From sequence record MH595538.1: 64,000 nt of DNA. One strand, written 5' to 3'. Below the pieces are notes generated by a model. The model saw nothing but the letters and a program-made list of their open reading frames with translations, had not been told where the DNA came from and did no database searches. This document shows, piece by piece, positions 8,204 to 17,250 of the stretch (position 1 is its first letter; every line of letters starts with the position of its first letter). A program made the translations under genes and the position numbers.

Positions 8204-9697
8204 ATGGCAGCTAAGGTATTGGGACATAAAAACATGGATGATGAACTGGCATCCATTAAAGAGCCCATATTCGTAAATGACCTTCCATTGGAGACCGAGG
8301 AAGATCGTCAGTTCTTAAAGCAGTTAGCGATAAATCAATACGACAGTGATGATGTAGTCAGTGCAACACCAGCCTGTCGATGTGGAGAAACTCGTGGCGC
8401 ACACCGCATAAATAAACTTTGCGGTAACTGCATGACCAAGGTTACTAAGCCAAACAGTGGTAAAATTGAGTCTATGCTTTGGGTAGCGGCCCCTAGACCA
8501 ATCGGACTATTGCCGACTAACCTACTTTGGGTATTTTGCGCGGATGCCTTAAAGGCAAACTATTTTGATGGCCTATCATGGATCTGTGATCCATTTGCGA
8601 TTACACCTGATACGAGAGCCCCTAAGAAAGCACTGGATATTGTCAAGCGCTTTACGGCACTAGGTATTCCTCGTGGCATGCGAAGCTTTATTGATAACTT
8701 TGACCTTATCTTAATGAAAGTAATTGCGCCTAAGATTACTGATTTGAATAAGCGAAAAGAACTCGTTAGCTTCTGTGAAATGTATCGTAATCAGATATTT
8801 GCAAGAGCAACGCCTATTCCTAACAAGATGGCTATGGTTATCGAAGAGACGGGTGTTGCAAAGTATTACGATGAAACTATCGATTCGGCAGTAGAAGCCG
8901 CTTATACGGCAGCAGCAACGGCTGGCGATGAAGACCTTAGAAGACTAGAGTCTCGATTCACCAAAGTAGTTGCGTCAATGGCTAAATTCTGTAATGACTC
9001 AGTGAACCTGATTCTGCTTAAGAAGAAAGGTTTCCTTCGTCGAGTATGTTATGGGCTGCGAGTTAAGTTCGCCTTCCGTAATGTTGTGACATCTCAGAAT
9101 GGACGTCATGACTATCGCGGTATTGGTGTTCCTTATCATCAGCTGGTATCTTGCCTGGATCCGTTCATACGTGATCGTCTTGTAAAACAACATGGCATGT
9201 CAATGCGTGAAGCAACTGAATATGTCATGCTGCATCAGAAAGATTGCGACCCTCTGTTATGGGGTATTCTGGAAGACATGATCGATGAGACTCCTCCAGA
9301 GCAATATCCTAATCCGGCAATGGAAGGCGTTCCAACTCCATTGACTACTAAGCCATACTCTACTGGACGTGGCATTGGGGTAATTGGTACTCGCTTTCCA
9401 TCTCTTGACCGTGGTTCTAGTCAGCAACTGTTCATCAAGTACATCACTCGAAGCACTGTAGAAATTTCAGTTCTGGTTCTTAAAGCACCAAACTGTGATT
9501 TCGACGGGGATCAATTAAGCTTCAGTATTGTGATGGACAATGACTTGTTAGACGACGGAGGCTTCGAAAGATTCCAGCCGCACTATAACATCCATGATAC
9601 AGGAAAGCCCTTTAACATTCGCGGTATTATTGGTTTACCAGACGTTACTGTTGGAAACATTGCAGCTCGTCTGGAGTCAGAAGAGCTAGTGATTTAA
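8204..9697 (+). CDS. rpoC: Non-virion RNA polymerase beta' N-terminal subunit (gp55-like)
   Basis: Catalytic APNCDFDGDQ motif; Zn-binding CRCG...CGNC; KKKGFLRR and RFPSL motifs. Confidence 0.92.
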   Translation: MAAKVLGHKNMDDELASIKEPIFVNDLPLETEEDRQFLKQLAINQYDSDDVVSATPACRCGETRGAHRINKLCGNCMTKVTKPNSGKIESMLWVAAPRPIGLLPTNLLWVFCADALKANYFDGLSWICDPFAITPDTRAPKKALDIVKRFTALGIPRGMRSFIDNFDLILMKVIAPKITDLNKRKELVSFCEMYRNQIFARATPIPNKMAMVIEETGVAKYYDETIDSAVEAAYTAAATAGDEDLRRLESRFTKVVASMAKFCNDSVNLILLKKKGFLRRVCYGLRVKFAFRNVVTSQNGRHDYRGIGVPYHQLVSCLDPFIRDRLVKQHGMSMREATEYVMLHQKDCDPLLWGILEDMIDETPPEQYPNPAMEGVPTPLTTKPYSTGRGIGVIGTRFPSLDRGSSQQLFIKYITRSTVEISVLVLKAPNCDFDGDQLSFSIVMDNDLLDDGGFERFQPHYNIHDTGKPFNIRGIIGLPDVTVGNIAARLESEELVI

Positions 9698-9702
9698 CTT
9701 TA

Positions 9703-9726
9703 AGAGACAGGCTCAGGCCTGTCTCT
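9703..9726 (+). terminator. Hairpin terminator
   Basis: AGAGACAGGC-TCAG-GCCTGTCTCT directly after the stop codon; weak T tract. Confidence 0.6.
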
Positions 9727-9794
9727 ATCTAGCTTTACTGTATTTAATATTACGCATACTGTCAATTTATTGAGCAGTTAATAAGGAGAAACTC

Positions 9795-10433
9795 ATGGCC
9801 AGTTTAGATGCCCTATCGCCGCACCAGTTGAATCTGCAAGGTTCATTCGCACCGATGGGTCAACAGGCACTGCAAGCAATGCAACAAGTACAAATGGCTC
9901 AATTGCAGCAGCTACAGCAGCTAGGGATGCATTCCGCTGTAGAAATTGTACAAGGCTCCATGGAGCGTTTCCATGATTTCGCATTCGGTGAGACAGCGCG
10001 TAAGATTGAGGCTATTCGAAATAAAGCCGGTGCTTTATTCATGGCAAATGAAATCATGCCAATTACCGAAGTGGGGGTTATGCAGAATGCGCCTTTGGAT
10101 ATGGTTCAATATATCATGGCCGTACCTGAAATTGCACAGATGCACAGCAATGGAGAATTGAACGGATACTCAGGACGTTGGGACAATCCTCAGCCTAACT
10201 ACTTTGCTGAAGATAATCATACTTATCGTAATATGATGAATGGTATGATTCAAAGAGTAGAAGAGGATGATAGTGTCTACCATAAAGCAACAACTTTTGT
10301 TGAGCCTATCAAGCATCAGCATGAGTTAACATTCCGTAATCGAACTGATATCCATCAGACTATGCTTAACGTTATCAGCATGGTAGAAAATGGAGTGGTA
10401 GACCCTACGTCAGAGAACAACGATCTGATATAG
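9795..10433 (+). CDS. Conserved hypothetical protein with Q-rich N-terminus (phiKZ gp59 position)
   Basis: 212 aa, SD AAGGAG; QQALQAMQQVQMAQLQQLQQ; position by synteny only. Confidence 0.7.
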   Translation: MASLDALSPHQLNLQGSFAPMGQQALQAMQQVQMAQLQQLQQLGMHSAVEIVQGSMERFHDFAFGETARKIEAIRNKAGALFMANEIMPITEVGVMQNAPLDMVQYIMAVPEIAQMHSNGELNGYSGRWDNPQPNYFAEDNHTYRNMMNGMIQRVEEDDSVYHKATTFVEPIKHQHELTFRNRTDIHQTMLNVISMVENGVVDPTSENNDLI

Positions 10434-10441
10434 AGGTATCC

Positions 10442-10843
10442 ATGGCACAACCAGTCATATTTGAACTGGGCAATAACGGGATCATTACTGATCCCGAAGC
10501 CCTGTTAAGAAGAGCTTATGTTCTGGCCCAATTGGCCGACCAGAGCCAATCCGTTCTTTTTTCATCCAGTGTATTCAGCATTCAATATCTAGCTTCGGTA
10601 TATGGCAATGATCCATCTGAGTATGCGCTGCAATTAGAGGCAGCATTCCGCACTTATCTTTCAGAAATGTTTGAAGAAGGCGTAACTGTCAGTGTTAGTG
10701 AAAAGGATCCTGGTGAAAAAATAAAGTATACATTATCAATTAGTATAACCGCTACGATTAACGGAGCTAACTATACGCTATCTGGTGCACTATTTAGAGA
10801 CAATGCTGAAGATTTCACCAGACTGCAAGATGCTATTATTTGA
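10442..10843 (+). CDS. Small conserved protein, possibly a gp25-like baseplate or sheath-initiator fold
   Basis: 133 aa, SD GAGG; helices followed by C-terminal beta strands. Fold assignment is a guess. Confidence 0.55.
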   Translation: MAQPVIFELGNNGIITDPEALLRRAYVLAQLADQSQSVLFSSSVFSIQYLASVYGNDPSEYALQLEAAFRTYLSEMFEEGVTVSVSEKDPGEKIKYTLSISITATINGANYTLSGALFRDNAEDFTRLQDAII

Positions 10844-10853
10844 GGGACTTATA

Positions 10854-11360
10854 ATGGTAGATAAAACGAAAACTCCTGAAGAGCTTTACTCTCGACTATG
10901 GCCTAAAGTCAGAGAGTCGGATTTCTATGACATTTACCTGCCTTTGCTTCTGGACTCATCATCCCCAGAAGGCAGAATGCGATGGATTGATGAAATTGCA
11001 AAGAAGGCAGTAATGCGGGTCAATGTTGTTGATGATAACGATCATGACAATATCTTGTTCTGGGTGCCGCCTGTGATCAATACGTTTGATACAGTCAAGC
11101 ATCGTGGATTCCAAGATGTAGCCCTGGTGTATAATAATGAAGCGAATCGTCTCTCTAGCGACATAGCAGCAATTAAGCTTAGTCGGGAGTTAGATAATCG
11201 CATCATTGCACAGGACACTCCTCAGGAACATCTCGATCAATGGAAGATGATTCTAAATCGCAAAGGCATTGCAATGCCTGGTCAGGAAGAAGAAACCATT
11301 GCGGAAGAAAAGGAAGTGAAATCCGATGTCAGTGACAATGACTTCCAAGCGAACTGGTAA
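10854..11360 (+). CDS. Hypothetical protein
   Basis: Start moved from the track position to ATG 10854 after the SD GAGG; acidic C-terminus. Confidence 0.7.
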   Translation: MVDKTKTPEELYSRLWPKVRESDFYDIYLPLLLDSSSPEGRMRWIDEIAKKAVMRVNVVDDNDHDNILFWVPPVINTFDTVKHRGFQDVALVYNNEANRLSSDIAAIKLSRELDNRIIAQDTPQEHLDQWKMILNRKGIAMPGQEEETIAEEKEVKSDVSDNDFQANW

Positions 11361-12498
11361 ATTAAATCATGCCACAGTAAGTGACGTCCATTTATTCCAT
11401 CCTCGTGTATTTACAGTATGGATACTCAGAAGTTTGAGTCAAGAGCTGATTGATAAACAAGAAGATAAGGACCTGGACTATATTTGGTTTGCTGGAGATG
11501 TCTTTGATCGAATTGCTCAGCTTCCTCAGTCAGAAGTACTTATGGTTCATACTTGGATTGGCATATTTTTAATGCATTGTCAAAAGCATAACATCCGAGT
11601 AAGAATACTAGAAGGGACTCCGTCGCATGATAGAGGCCAGTCTAATCTTTTCGTTAAGATCAATAACCTTTTGGCCGCACCAGCAAATCTGAGATATCAT
11701 GATAAGCTCTGTATAGATTACGAAGAAGAGTTTGACTTTAACGTACTCTATGTGCCAGATGAGTGGCGACATGACCCTGAGATTACCTGGAATGAAGTGG
11801 TCGATGAACTCAGAACTAAAGGCTTGGATAAAGTAGACATCAGCGTCATGCACGGAACGATGGACTTCCAAGTACCTAAGTTCTTGAATATTCCTGGTGT
11901 GCATCAGTCAAAAAGATACAGTGATATCACTAATTGGTTTGTGACCATAGGGCACCAGCATGTCATGTCTGTTAGCAGGAACATTTATGCGCAAGGTAGT
12001 TTAGATAGACTTTCTCAGAATGAAGAGCAGGATAAAGGACATTTCAGATTCATGATTGACATGGATAAGGATGTCGTTGTTCCCGAGTTCAGAGTCAATC
12101 GCAATGCAATGCCTCATCGGGATGTTAATGTATCGGACTTGGAGTTTACAGAAGCCTTTGAGAAGGCCTGTATGGTCGCTGATGACATCTTAACGTTAGA
12201 TACGCCACTGGAGGTCAGATATTATGGCTTCATTCGCCTGAGTATGTCTGAGGCCCATTATGCAAATGGACTCTTGTCATCACTTAAGTCACAATACCCT
12301 CAGCTAAGCTGGGATAGAAAGATCATTGCAGATAAGGAAAAAGAGGCGGAGAATGATTCTATGGACTTTGCCTTGGACGAGGCTATTGCCTTATCTCCTG
12401 TCAATGCAATGGAAGTGATGACTCAGGAATTAAGCCTATTGCCGGCCTCTGATGCAGAGCGTCAATTGGCTCTGTCTTTATTTGAGGAGGTTATATGA
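11326..12498 (+). CDS. sbcD: SbcD/Mre11-like metallophosphoesterase nuclease
   Basis: SDVH, AGDVFD, GTPSHD, MHG and GHQH calcineurin-like metal-binding motifs. Confidence 0.85.
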   Translation: MSVTMTSKRTGKLNHATVSDVHLFHPRVFTVWILRSLSQELIDKQEDKDLDYIWFAGDVFDRIAQLPQSEVLMVHTWIGIFLMHCQKHNIRVRILEGTPSHDRGQSNLFVKINNLLAAPANLRYHDKLCIDYEEEFDFNVLYVPDEWRHDPEITWNEVVDELRTKGLDKVDISVMHGTMDFQVPKFLNIPGVHQSKRYSDITNWFVTIGHQHVMSVSRNIYAQGSLDRLSQNEEQDKGHFRFMIDMDKDVVVPEFRVNRNAMPHRDVNVSDLEFTEAFEKACMVADDILTLDTPLEVRYYGFIRLSMSEAHYANGLLSSLKSQYPQLSWDRKIIADKEKEAENDSMDFALDEAIALSPVNAMEVMTQELSLLPASDAERQLALSLFEEVI

Positions 12499-13289
12499 GA
12501 AGACTAGGGGAGGATATCCCCGTCTCTATTGGAACTGCTGTTCCTTTAGAAAAGCATGTGACTCAAGTAGGTGCCAATAAACAAGTGGATGCAATTGTTC
12601 TCAATCTGCGTACACTATGGCGTAACTTCAGTGGTTCATATGAAGGAGTCCATGTATTGGACCCTGCTAAGCACATTCAAGAATTCATTACTGAAACTAA
12701 GCAAGTAGTGGATCTTATTCAATCAGATGGAATTATAGCCGGCATCTATTATCCTGATTATTCCTCTATCATGCGCATGCGTACAGGAATGATTTACAAG
12801 GATGAGCAAATGCAGACGGATCGCCAGAAGTTAGAGAAGGCATTAGAAGATAAAGCATGTCAGCTTTCCTACAAGGCCGTTAATGCTTTTCAGATGCGTG
12901 TGCAACTGCCGCCTATCGAAAAAAGAGTATGGATGCTAACTCATACAGGAATCGATCTTTTAAATAGAAATCGATTTCTCAATTTGCAGTTATTGGAAAG
13001 CCATTCCGGCGGACTTAAAGGTCCGGCCGATTGGATAACAAAAATAACAAATAATGAAGATTATATGAGAATACCATTTAATCTTCTTAGTCTGAGTGTG
13101 TTCGGAGATGGCAAGTATCTGAAAGGATGGCCGCTTAGGTATCGCAAGATGCTAAAGCGCATCGCAGAAGCTAATAACTGGACGCCGATGACTACAAACC
13201 AAAAAATCGTTGCTAACCTTCGAAGAGATCAGGTTGATCCCAAGATGTCTGAAGAAATGATAGCGATGATACAAGCAACCGTTACTTGA
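12495..13289 (+). CDS. Conserved protein, possible PIN/5'-3' exonuclease-like fold (gp66 position)
   Basis: 264 aa with ATGA coupling to sbcD; NLRTLWRN, YYPDY, THTGIDLL and FGD segments loosely resemble FEN/PIN nucleases. Confidence 0.5.
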   Translation: MRRLGEDIPVSIGTAVPLEKHVTQVGANKQVDAIVLNLRTLWRNFSGSYEGVHVLDPAKHIQEFITETKQVVDLIQSDGIIAGIYYPDYSSIMRMRTGMIYKDEQMQTDRQKLEKALEDKACQLSYKAVNAFQMRVQLPPIEKRVWMLTHTGIDLLNRNRFLNLQLLESHSGGLKGPADWITKITNNEDYMRIPFNLLSLSVFGDGKYLKGWPLRYRKMLKRIAEANNWTPMTTNQKIVANLRRDQVDPKMSEEMIAMIQATVT

Positions 13290-13300
13290 AGGAGAGCCCG

Positions 13301-13972
13301 ATGTCCTACGGTGCAACGCCCTTAAACACCTATAAGCTCAAATTGTCCAGCGCGCCCTGGAATCCCAATGAATGGGGTAAACGTGCAACCTGGGAGTGGG
13401 ACTTGGTAAATAACAATCCGCGACTGGTCGTATGGTGTAATAACCCTAAAGAAGCAGAGAAGCTGAATGCACGAGGTAAACCTTTAGCTTCCAGTCCTAT
13501 TTCTGCCCACATGGGTCCGTTCGATCTATTTAAATTCTTTAACCTGGCTGAAAAAGTCTGTAAGTCAGAAAAGCCATTGGAAGTTAAGTTTCCTTTCTTT
13601 GGCTCTAAGTTCGTCAATGATGAAAAGGTAAAAGGCGAACGTGAATTAAAATGTACAATGTATCTTGGACGTAGTGCCGATGGCAATATCTTTATGCGAA
13701 TGGAAGATAATGTCAATGAACGTGACGTCCCTGAACTGATCTTCAAAGAAAATACCTGGGTTCCAGTTAGTCCGACCAATGGTGAATTCAGCAACGCTAA
13801 GAAGTCGACATTGGAATTTGAAGCATACATTTCAGCATTGAAAGCAATCTTCTCTCATCTCTTAGTTTCTCACTTTGTACCTGATCCTCCGCGTGATACA
13901 GGCAAAGGCGGAAAATCTGCTAAGAAAGAGATTTCTACGGACTTGCCGTCCGGCAGTTTTGATGACTTTTAA
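13301..13972 (+). CDS. Probable ChmC-like nucleic-acid-binding, nucleus-associated protein (gp67 position)
   Basis: 223 aa from ATG 13301 (SD AGGAG); beta-rich and basic with a K/D-rich tail; directly upstream of the sigma-like subunit and PicA-position gene, the reported ChmC location. Confidence 0.5.
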   Translation: MSYGATPLNTYKLKLSSAPWNPNEWGKRATWEWDLVNNNPRLVVWCNNPKEAEKLNARGKPLASSPISAHMGPFDLFKFFNLAEKVCKSEKPLEVKFPFFGSKFVNDEKVKGERELKCTMYLGRSADGNIFMRMEDNVNERDVPELIFKENTWVPVSPTNGEFSNAKKSTLEFEAYISALKAIFSHLLVSHFVPDPPRDTGKGGKSAKKEISTDLPSGSFDDF

Positions 13973-13981
13973 TTATATGAG

Positions 13982-14013
13982 CCCTGGCCCGTAAAGGGCT
14001 GGGGTAAGTTTTA
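13982..14013 (+). terminator. Hairpin terminator
   Basis: CCCTGGCCC-GTAAA-GGGCTGGGG stem needs G-U pairs, so it is plus-strand specific; short T run follows. Confidence 0.6.
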
Positions 14014-14053
14014 ACAGCCGCTGTGAATTATTTGAGGAGAGTAGCCCTACCGT

Positions 14054-14074
14054 ATTTTATATCTATATAACCAT
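14054..14074 (+). promoter_or_regulatory. Candidate early promoter, copy 2
   Basis: ATTTTATATCTATATAACCAT, 31 nt before the start of the sigma-like subunit. Confidence 0.7.
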
Positions 14075-14105
14075 ATTGTCATCCCCTGATAAAAGGAGTT
14101 CTTTA

Positions 14106-15656
14106 ATGGAGATACATGCCCGTAAAGGTGTTTACGCCTTATACGTAAGACACAAGGGCGAGGAACTGGAATGGAAATTTTCAGTCTGGGCAACACTGGC
14201 CCGTAAGACCGGAGATGAAACTTCCGAAGAATTGACCGATGAGCAATTTGGCGCAACGAATGAATTCTTAGCATCCTTACCGGAAGCAGTTCAGGATAAG
14301 ATGTTTGATAACTATCGTATGGCTAGCATGCAGCTAGCAGAGTACAATAGTAAAGAAGAAGCAAAAGACATTTACTTCAAGTTTGCCCCTAAGATTGTAG
14401 AAGATCTTAGCGAAGAGATGTTGCTTGCTTGGGCCAATGACCATGGGCGTATTCATGTAGAGCCGCCGCCGGTATTGCGCTCATCAACTAATCCTCCTGC
14501 AATGACTTATAGCATCGATGAATCTTATCAGTTATCAGTATTCTGTATAGCAGTTAAGATACTGGCTCCAATGATGGGCAGTTATGTCGAGCTAGTGCGT
14601 GAGAAATCAACGCGTCAAAAAGCAGCAACCTTACATAAAGAAAGACAAGCCAACCGTCTATTCTTTGCAACCAACCTAGCTAATTGGAGTATTTATAAAA
14701 GACTGGATCTTTATCTTGATACGTATGCAATGCGCAGACAAGGAGTATTATCCCTGGCTACTCGTTATGGCATGGCAACGGCAAACCTTAACTCGCTGTT
14801 GAAAGGCCTAACGATTATTCGTCGTCTTATGATTGCTACAGTAAGGACAAATAAGAATGGCTCGATTATTGCCTTTGTTTATATGTTCCTGCAAGAAAAG
14901 ATTGACGACCTAGCAAAAGACGTAACCTTTAAATCTAAGTTCGCTAATCGACGTAATGATGATCAGGATGATGAGTCATATTCTGATAATTATCGTAAGC
15001 CCGAAAACGTTGATCAGGGAACCGTTATTGCCATTGACCATGAATTATCTGACTGGCGTAAATATGCTAATTGGCTAGGACTGGATGCTCAAGAGTGCCT
15101 AACAGCTGAATGTATTTTTGAGACCTTGATAGACAATGAGTATTTCCATGTCACGGATATTATTCACTATCCTGTAGTGGCAATGCTGATCAGAGAAAAG
15201 ACTTATCACATGATGATCGATAAGGTTGAAGTGAATACATTGTACGCAATGATCGCTTTAGCTTCGGTCTATTGTCATAAGAAAGGATGGACTGATCTAG
15301 CAGAGTTGTTAATTGCTTATCGATATGAAGTTGATCATACGCACATGCCAATGAGTTCTAGAAACGGTATGTCGTATAAGAGACTGACTGCGGAGCTAGA
15401 CACTGAACTATCAGAGCAATATCCGCACATTGACCAAGCAATGATCAATGCTCCGACCAATCCTGGTAAATTATGGATTGAAGATGTGATTAAAGCGGTG
15501 CTGTCGTTCCAATGGTCTGGACTTACAGAGCCGAGTTACCTGAGACATTCTCTTGCAAGATTCATTATTGATCGACCAAAAGAAGAAGAGATTAAAGCAA
15601 CCGAAGTCGGAACTGGCGAAGTTGCAGCAACACCAGTCTTAGACGTAACTAAATAA
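14106..15656 (+). CDS. nvRNAP sigma-like promoter-specificity subunit (gp68-like)
   Basis: About 516 aa, helical; SD AAGGAG before ATG 14106; position in the nvRNAP cluster matches gp68. Confidence 0.65.
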   Translation: MEIHARKGVYALYVRHKGEELEWKFSVWATLARKTGDETSEELTDEQFGATNEFLASLPEAVQDKMFDNYRMASMQLAEYNSKEEAKDIYFKFAPKIVEDLSEEMLLAWANDHGRIHVEPPPVLRSSTNPPAMTYSIDESYQLSVFCIAVKILAPMMGSYVELVREKSTRQKAATLHKERQANRLFFATNLANWSIYKRLDLYLDTYAMRRQGVLSLATRYGMATANLNSLLKGLTIIRRLMIATVRTNKNGSIIAFVYMFLQEKIDDLAKDVTFKSKFANRRNDDQDDESYSDNYRKPENVDQGTVIAIDHELSDWRKYANWLGLDAQECLTAECIFETLIDNEYFHVTDIIHYPVVAMLIREKTYHMMIDKVEVNTLYAMIALASVYCHKKGWTDLAELLIAYRYEVDHTHMPMSSRNGMSYKRLTAELDTELSEQYPHIDQAMINAPTNPGKLWIEDVIKAVLSFQWSGLTEPSYLRHSLARFIIDRPKEEEIKATEVGTGEVAATPVLDVTK

Positions 15657-15681
15657 AGAAGTTAATTTTATTAAAAAGGAA

Positions 15682-17211
15682 ATGCCCATAATGAACAACG
15701 TACAAATGAACCCAAACATGCCTCCGCAGCCTCAAGTTCGAATCGTCCTACGCGGCGCTAAGTTCGTTGAGATTCCTGCGACGCAGCCGTTGTTTCATCG
15801 TCCTATGCAGTTTAATGCAGATCCTAACACGATCCTCCAGTTACAAAATGTAACGCATGGTGGTTCGCTGATTAACCCTCAAGCACTAAGGGAGATTGCT
15901 AAAGAAGTAGTACGTCCATCGCCAGTGCCGGAAGGTAAGTTGATGATCGCCAACGACTGGAATATTTCGCGCTTCGCAGTGTATCTAAACTTTGAGATTC
16001 ATGCAGCCGGCCGTGTCTATCATGAGATCATTACCGGATATACTGACCATCCTGAAACCTCAATGACTGGACTTATCGATCCGGACAGTCTCATCTTCAT
16101 TAACTCTCACTTGCGTGTTAATGAGTCGATGTCTATCGGTAACGGAGCTCCAAACGGCGTGTCCAACATGGCCGTGATGTCAGATACCAATGTTATCACT
16201 CCGGTGGGAATTGTAGATCCTTCAGGCAATGTGATGACAGGTGCACATACCCAACGTCCGCAAGATGTGTTGACTGGCTTGCAGATGGGTCTTCGTGGTC
16301 CACAGCATGCTGGAACATGGGATCCTCGAGGCAATCTAGATCGTGAAGTAACCGCGGGCCTTGGTCTTCCGTCTAGTCGAAACAACCACTGTTCTACAAA
16401 CTACTTGACTCGAATCATGGTTGGTGTTCGCGATGCACGTAACTCAGTAGGTCAATTTGCATCTGGGGCTTCTGATGTGGCAACACAGCAGATGATTGCT
16501 GGTGCAGCAGCAGTGACAGCCGCTGATTGTGAATCGGATTATATTTCTCTGAGTCTATTCCAGATGCTTAAACAGAATACGTCATATGGTCAGACTGGCG
16601 CATTCATGGTCAAGGAATTATTCGCGGCCTTGGGCAATGACAATATTGACTGGAATAATGTTGCTGCTCCGATGCTGTTGCCAAAAGGTCCTGGTCAAGC
16701 TACGGTGCTTATGGATAACAGTAACGGCTGGGGTGATTACTCAAACGAAACATCAGCGGCACATCAGTTAGCACACGGCATACCTGCCCTATGTGGACGT
16801 TCGCTGCTGTCTTCCTATGCGTTCACAGCCACTGGTTCTTTCAGTCATAATATCCATACGGCGAACTATGAGCACAGTACAACGATCTTCCCGATCAGTC
16901 CTATGTTCCAAGAAAACGCCAACATGACGGTTAAGAATCTATTGGAAACAATTATCTTGCCAGAGATCTTCTATGGCATCTGTGATAACTATGTGGTGTC
17001 TGCTTCTTACACGATGTCTGGTTCCATCAATATGGACGTTCAGTTAGACGGTGGCATTAAGATTCCTTATGCAGCACCTAACTACTGTGACCATATGTCA
17101 GCACCTACGGTCGCTATTGATGATCAGACTGTTAAGAACAACGGCATGATGATCGGCAAAATCGTTGATGAAGTCTTCCAGTCTTCTGGCGCTAATGTCT
17201 TGGTAAACTAA
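15682..17211 (+). CDS. picA: PicA/Imp1-like nuclear import factor (gp69-like)
   Basis: 509 aa directly after the sigma-like gene; FHRPMQF, GYTDH and RPQDV segments; size and synteny fit gp69. Confidence 0.6.
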   Translation: MPIMNNVQMNPNMPPQPQVRIVLRGAKFVEIPATQPLFHRPMQFNADPNTILQLQNVTHGGSLINPQALREIAKEVVRPSPVPEGKLMIANDWNISRFAVYLNFEIHAAGRVYHEIITGYTDHPETSMTGLIDPDSLIFINSHLRVNESMSIGNGAPNGVSNMAVMSDTNVITPVGIVDPSGNVMTGAHTQRPQDVLTGLQMGLRGPQHAGTWDPRGNLDREVTAGLGLPSSRNNHCSTNYLTRIMVGVRDARNSVGQFASGASDVATQQMIAGAAAVTAADCESDYISLSLFQMLKQNTSYGQTGAFMVKELFAALGNDNIDWNNVAAPMLLPKGPGQATVLMDNSNGWGDYSNETSAAHQLAHGIPALCGRSLLSSYAFTATGSFSHNIHTANYEHSTTIFPISPMFQENANMTVKNLLETIILPEIFYGICDNYVVSASYTMSGSINMDVQLDGGIKIPYAAPNYCDHMSAPTVAIDDQTVKNNGMMIGKIVDEVFQSSGANVLVN

Positions 17212-17217
17212 AATAAT

Positions 17218-17239
17218 ATGCAGGCCTTAGGGCCTGCAT
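17218..17239 (+). other. Intergenic hairpin without U tract
   Basis: ATGCAGGCC-TTAG-GGCCTGCAT directly before the SD (GGAG) of the next gene. Confidence 0.6.
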
Positions 17240-17250
17240 TGGAGTTATAT

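Noticed and set aside
9487-9516. NCDFDGD instead of NADFDGD in the RNAP active site
   Set aside because: All three catalytic Asp residues are intact; this position varies in phage RNAPs.
13330-13830. 166-aa antisense ORF over the ChmC-position gene
   Set aside because: Fully nested on the opposite strand, no evident SD, L/S/F-rich shadow composition.
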